Below, in pieces: positions 60,353 through 64,000 of a stretch of 64,000 bases of DNA. The notes below the pieces were generated by a model. It was given only the letters and a program-made list of their open reading frames with translations, had not been told where the DNA came from and searched no databases. The position numbers and the translations under genes are program-made. Origin of the DNA: Blastocystis sp. Blastoise (lineage: Eukaryota > Protista > Bigyra: Opalinata); assembly GCA_039096225.1 (NCBI GenBank), contig JBBPEB010000004.1, positions 434,001 through 498,000 on the forward strand, written 5' to 3'. Position 1 is the stretch's first letter; each line of letters opens with the position of its first letter.

Positions 60353-61840
60353 ATGGATGATACTGTTACAATGAAACAGGAAAAGCGACAGAATCAAAGT
60401 TGTTTAATGTCTGGGAAGCGCCAATCGGTGAATACCGACTTTCTTTTCCAAGATGAGAAGAAAATACGTATTTCAGTGGCATTTATAAGAAAATATCCAA
60501 CGTCAGTTTTCTTCTTAATATGTGAAGCGCCCGATAGTTACCATGAGTGTGACAATGCTTATTATGTAGATTTTCCGTCGTTGTCCGTTGATAAATTAAT
60601 TCAATATATGCAAAATGATGTTTCACTCGATTCTCTTTCAATGAATGAAATTGTGGATATCTATGATGCTCTTGGTTTATTCTTTCATGATTATTCTACA
60701 GAATATCAAATAAAAATAGAAACATTCTTGGTTGATGAATTCAAGAAATTTAATACAACTAATAAATGCGAACTGTATTTCGTTTTTTTATTACTTTTTT
60801 GTTAATTATTATATATATAGAGTTCTTCATAATAAAAATTCTAATTATGACTATTTATATGATCATGATAAAGAGCATGAATTATTCGTTAATGGTATAC
60901 TATTTGTATATAAATATTAAGAAATATTTTTTTTATAGATGTTTTTTCAAAAGAGAGAGCCAACTTATTTCTGCAGTATTCATGTTTATTTGGTTTTTTT
61001 AATGTAACTCAAGTTACAATAAAATGTATATTATTAATATATGTATATATTTATGAATCTATAATAAATAGACCTATTTTCTGAAGATATTCCTTATGAA
61101 TATATATATCCCTCCAATATACATGTGATGTTTTCCAAATTAGAAAAATATATTATTCAACGTATATTTTATATTTATCTATATATAGCATTTTACTCAT
61201 ATACTATAAATAGCTAGTTATTATTCTCTTAATAAGTATATAAAAGTTACCAGAACAGATGTTCATTATAACGAGTTATATGAAGACTATAAATTAGTTT
61301 ATAATAAATATCCTCATTCACTTGTTTCTAATGAAAATATAAGTAGATATAGTGAAAGACATGATAGTCTATTAAATAAAGATCAGATTCGTTTATATCC
61401 AAGTAATAATGAATGGAATGATAAAGATAATGAAAATAATAATAATAATAAAGATATACACGTATCTAAAGATATCGATGAAGAAGTTCAGAATGAAAAA
61501 GAAGAAGAAGAAAAGCCAGACTTATATATACAGTCATTAGTTGATTATTCCCGTGAATATAATACGAAACAAATAGAAAAAGAGGAAAATGATAAGAATA
61601 ATCTTAAATCATGTTGTTCATTAAAAATATCATATGTTGATAATACTGGAAGTATATATATACTTTAATTCATTCTATTATATATATATATATAGTTCGA
61701 GATATATTACACCCATTGTTAACGTATATATATATATATTCATATATATATTATAGATTGAAAGAAGTATGTGATTCTTTACTTGGCTATTATTTTAATA
61801 TACCGATTTTCAAACAATTAAAAGAGATATCAATTTATGG

Positions 61841-61916
<76 letters not shown>

Positions 61917-62188
61917 CCATAGAGAAACCGAATCCTCTGTTACAATTAGATATTCCCGTGACTATTTGTTATTTGAAAGAAGGAATATTTAATAATTTAC
62001 AAGTCATTACATTTCAAGACTGTAAATATATATAATAATAATAATCATAATACATAAGTTCGATATATATTTATATATAGTTATCTGTTCAAACTCTTAT
62101 CCTGAATATATACAATTATTTAAAAGTATTATTACTACTCATGTATTTCCTAATATAACAACACTTAACTATTATGGTATATAGAGAC

Positions 62189-62226
<38 letters not shown>

Positions 62227-62975
62227 TGTTTTGAATGATTATAATGATATTCTGTTAGAAAATGAATTACTTTGTTTAATTACTAGAAATAACTTTCCTC
62301 AATTACATATATATGATTTAAGATCTTATATGGAATATACAAATCAAGATAGATTAAACCAGCAACTTCATTTATTATTACCGCTTTCATTCCTTCAATT
62401 AATAGATACATTATATCTTATAGATTGTAATACTTATCGTAATGGCGATTATTTAACAGATAAAGCATTAGAACAACTTATTGAAGTAAAGAAAATGAAT
62501 AGCAATCATTGTACTATTTATTGTATATATATATATATATATATTATACACTATGCCATAACTATTATTTTATATTTATATAGTTAATCAGCCACTTATT
62601 CAATATAATGTATTATTAAAAGAACTACACAATCTTAATATCATTTCTATTAACGAACTATCTATTATTAGTATAACCTCTATATATATATTAATTATTT
62701 ATATTATATATTATAGCTAATCGATTATCAAATGATTCTTTTGATTATACCATTTTTGATTTGAGTTTATGTCCAATAAAATATTTAGATTTAAGTATAT
62801 ATATATATATTATACAAATAGATATATTTATACATTGAATAGATATGTATTATCTCTCAGAGAATAAAGTACAAATACTAGAAAAAATATATAAGAATAT
62901 CAATGTTAAATCCCTCAAAACAATATGTATAAAAACAAATTGTATATATATATATATATATTATATATTATATAC

Positions 62976-63046
<71 letters not shown>

Positions 63047-64000
63047 GTCGGACCTGGTACAGAAGACAGTTATATGAATTTTGTTCAAAAGTGTGTTTCT
63101 CTGTTTTGCTCATCATCCTATGATTCTGTCACATATCTAAGTATAGGTATGTATTATATATTATATAAATATACGCTTTTCATTTACTTTTATTTTTACA
63201 TTATAATTATAGATGAAGATAGTCATAGTTTTGGCTATATTACAAGGAGAAAGTATAAAATTCCTTTTGATGTTAGTAAAGCAATAAGTCAATATTTATC
63301 ATTATTCAATAATATTCAATTTTTAGACTTATCATGTATATAAAAGATTTTTCTTTATTATTATTATATAATATTATTTACTCTATAGCTTGGCATTTGG
63401 TTGATTGTATGTATTTATTAAAAGAACAAAAAGAACTACCCATTTGGAAAATAGTGACTGAATTAACTGTAGCATTTAGTATATTAATTATAAGCAGTTA
63501 TTATAATATATTCATCTAATATATATATAGATAATATAAATAAGCTTTGTGATGTATTAAATATTATTTATTGTTACTTGGAAAATAATAAACTTCCCAA
63601 ATTACAGAAATTAAATATATTCTTAATCAGTAATATATATTATATATTCTATTATTATTCCATATAGACATCGTTATCGATCTTGATCAAGTACTTAAGT
63701 TTGTCGATTTATTTAAAAATATTTCATATACGAATATATCAAACCTTAACACATTCTCCATTTTCTATCTTGATGGGTGTATATATTATAAAATAGTTTA
63801 TATATATCAATTATAACTCATACTATTATTTATTTATTTAGATGAATATAATTTCTTATAATTCATATTAAAAACTTATAGCAATACTCTATTTTCATTG
63901 ATTCGTATAAAATATATTTATATATAGTTGTTGAAGGCCGGTATAGAGGTATTTATAACTTATTTGAATCATTTCCATCTTTGGCTTATTATTGTCATAA
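60353..64000 (+). CDS. BTB/POZ-like N-terminal domain plus LRR-like repeats (runs off the window; in-frame TAA at 63859-63861)
   Basis: FLFQDEKKIRISVAFIRKYPTSVF..YYVDFPSLSVDKLIQYM (K-channel T1-type BTB-like), then FPNITTL, FPQLHIYDL, LPKLQKLNI-type repeats in mostly phase-1 exons. Confidence 0.6.

Noticed and set aside
63859-63861. Stop-codon reassignment as an explanation for the in-frame TAA
   Set aside because: TAA, TAG and TGA all terminate conserved genes in this window, and no other internal stops were needed.

Overview
Very AT-rich, intron-dense eukaryotic genomic DNA, read with the standard code. The gene content, the MRO/mitochondrial-targeted ISCU and RbfA, and TGTTTGTT elements downstream of several genes suggest a Blastocystis-like gut stramenopile (inference). 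I assembled by hand 19 protein-coding genes (two cut by the window edges) and one tRNA-Glu(TTC). The genes are ISCU, LysRS, BUD20/ZNF593, ArfGAP1, a giant UBR-box/poly-Asn/pseudo-USP protein, 2-Cys peroxiredoxin, a secreted GH3 beta-xylosidase, ELP1, SSUH2, RPC5, an atypical Hsp70 (HSPA14/Ssz1-like), RbfA, PPP1R11, a Zn-finger TrmN6-like methyltransferase, CapZ-beta, ALIX/Bro1 with a C-terminal NZF, a p1-like protein, a large secreted protein and a BTB-LRR protein. Most notable: (1) a close match to p1, a subunit of the ciliate MTA1c/AMT1 ApT 6mA DNA methyltransferase complex, in a genome whose introns are largely (AT)n; (2) a GC-rich quasi-palindrome, TTCCCRCGGGAA, iterated through exons via rare synonymous codons and also present in promoters; (3) several conserved genes need non-GT-AG junctions, and the odd bases often copy the adjacent exon, so this is either relaxed splicing or an RNA-polishing/assembly artefact; (4) introns made purely of GT(AT)nAG. 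All gene models and family calls come from manual splicing and motif recall; no searches were run.
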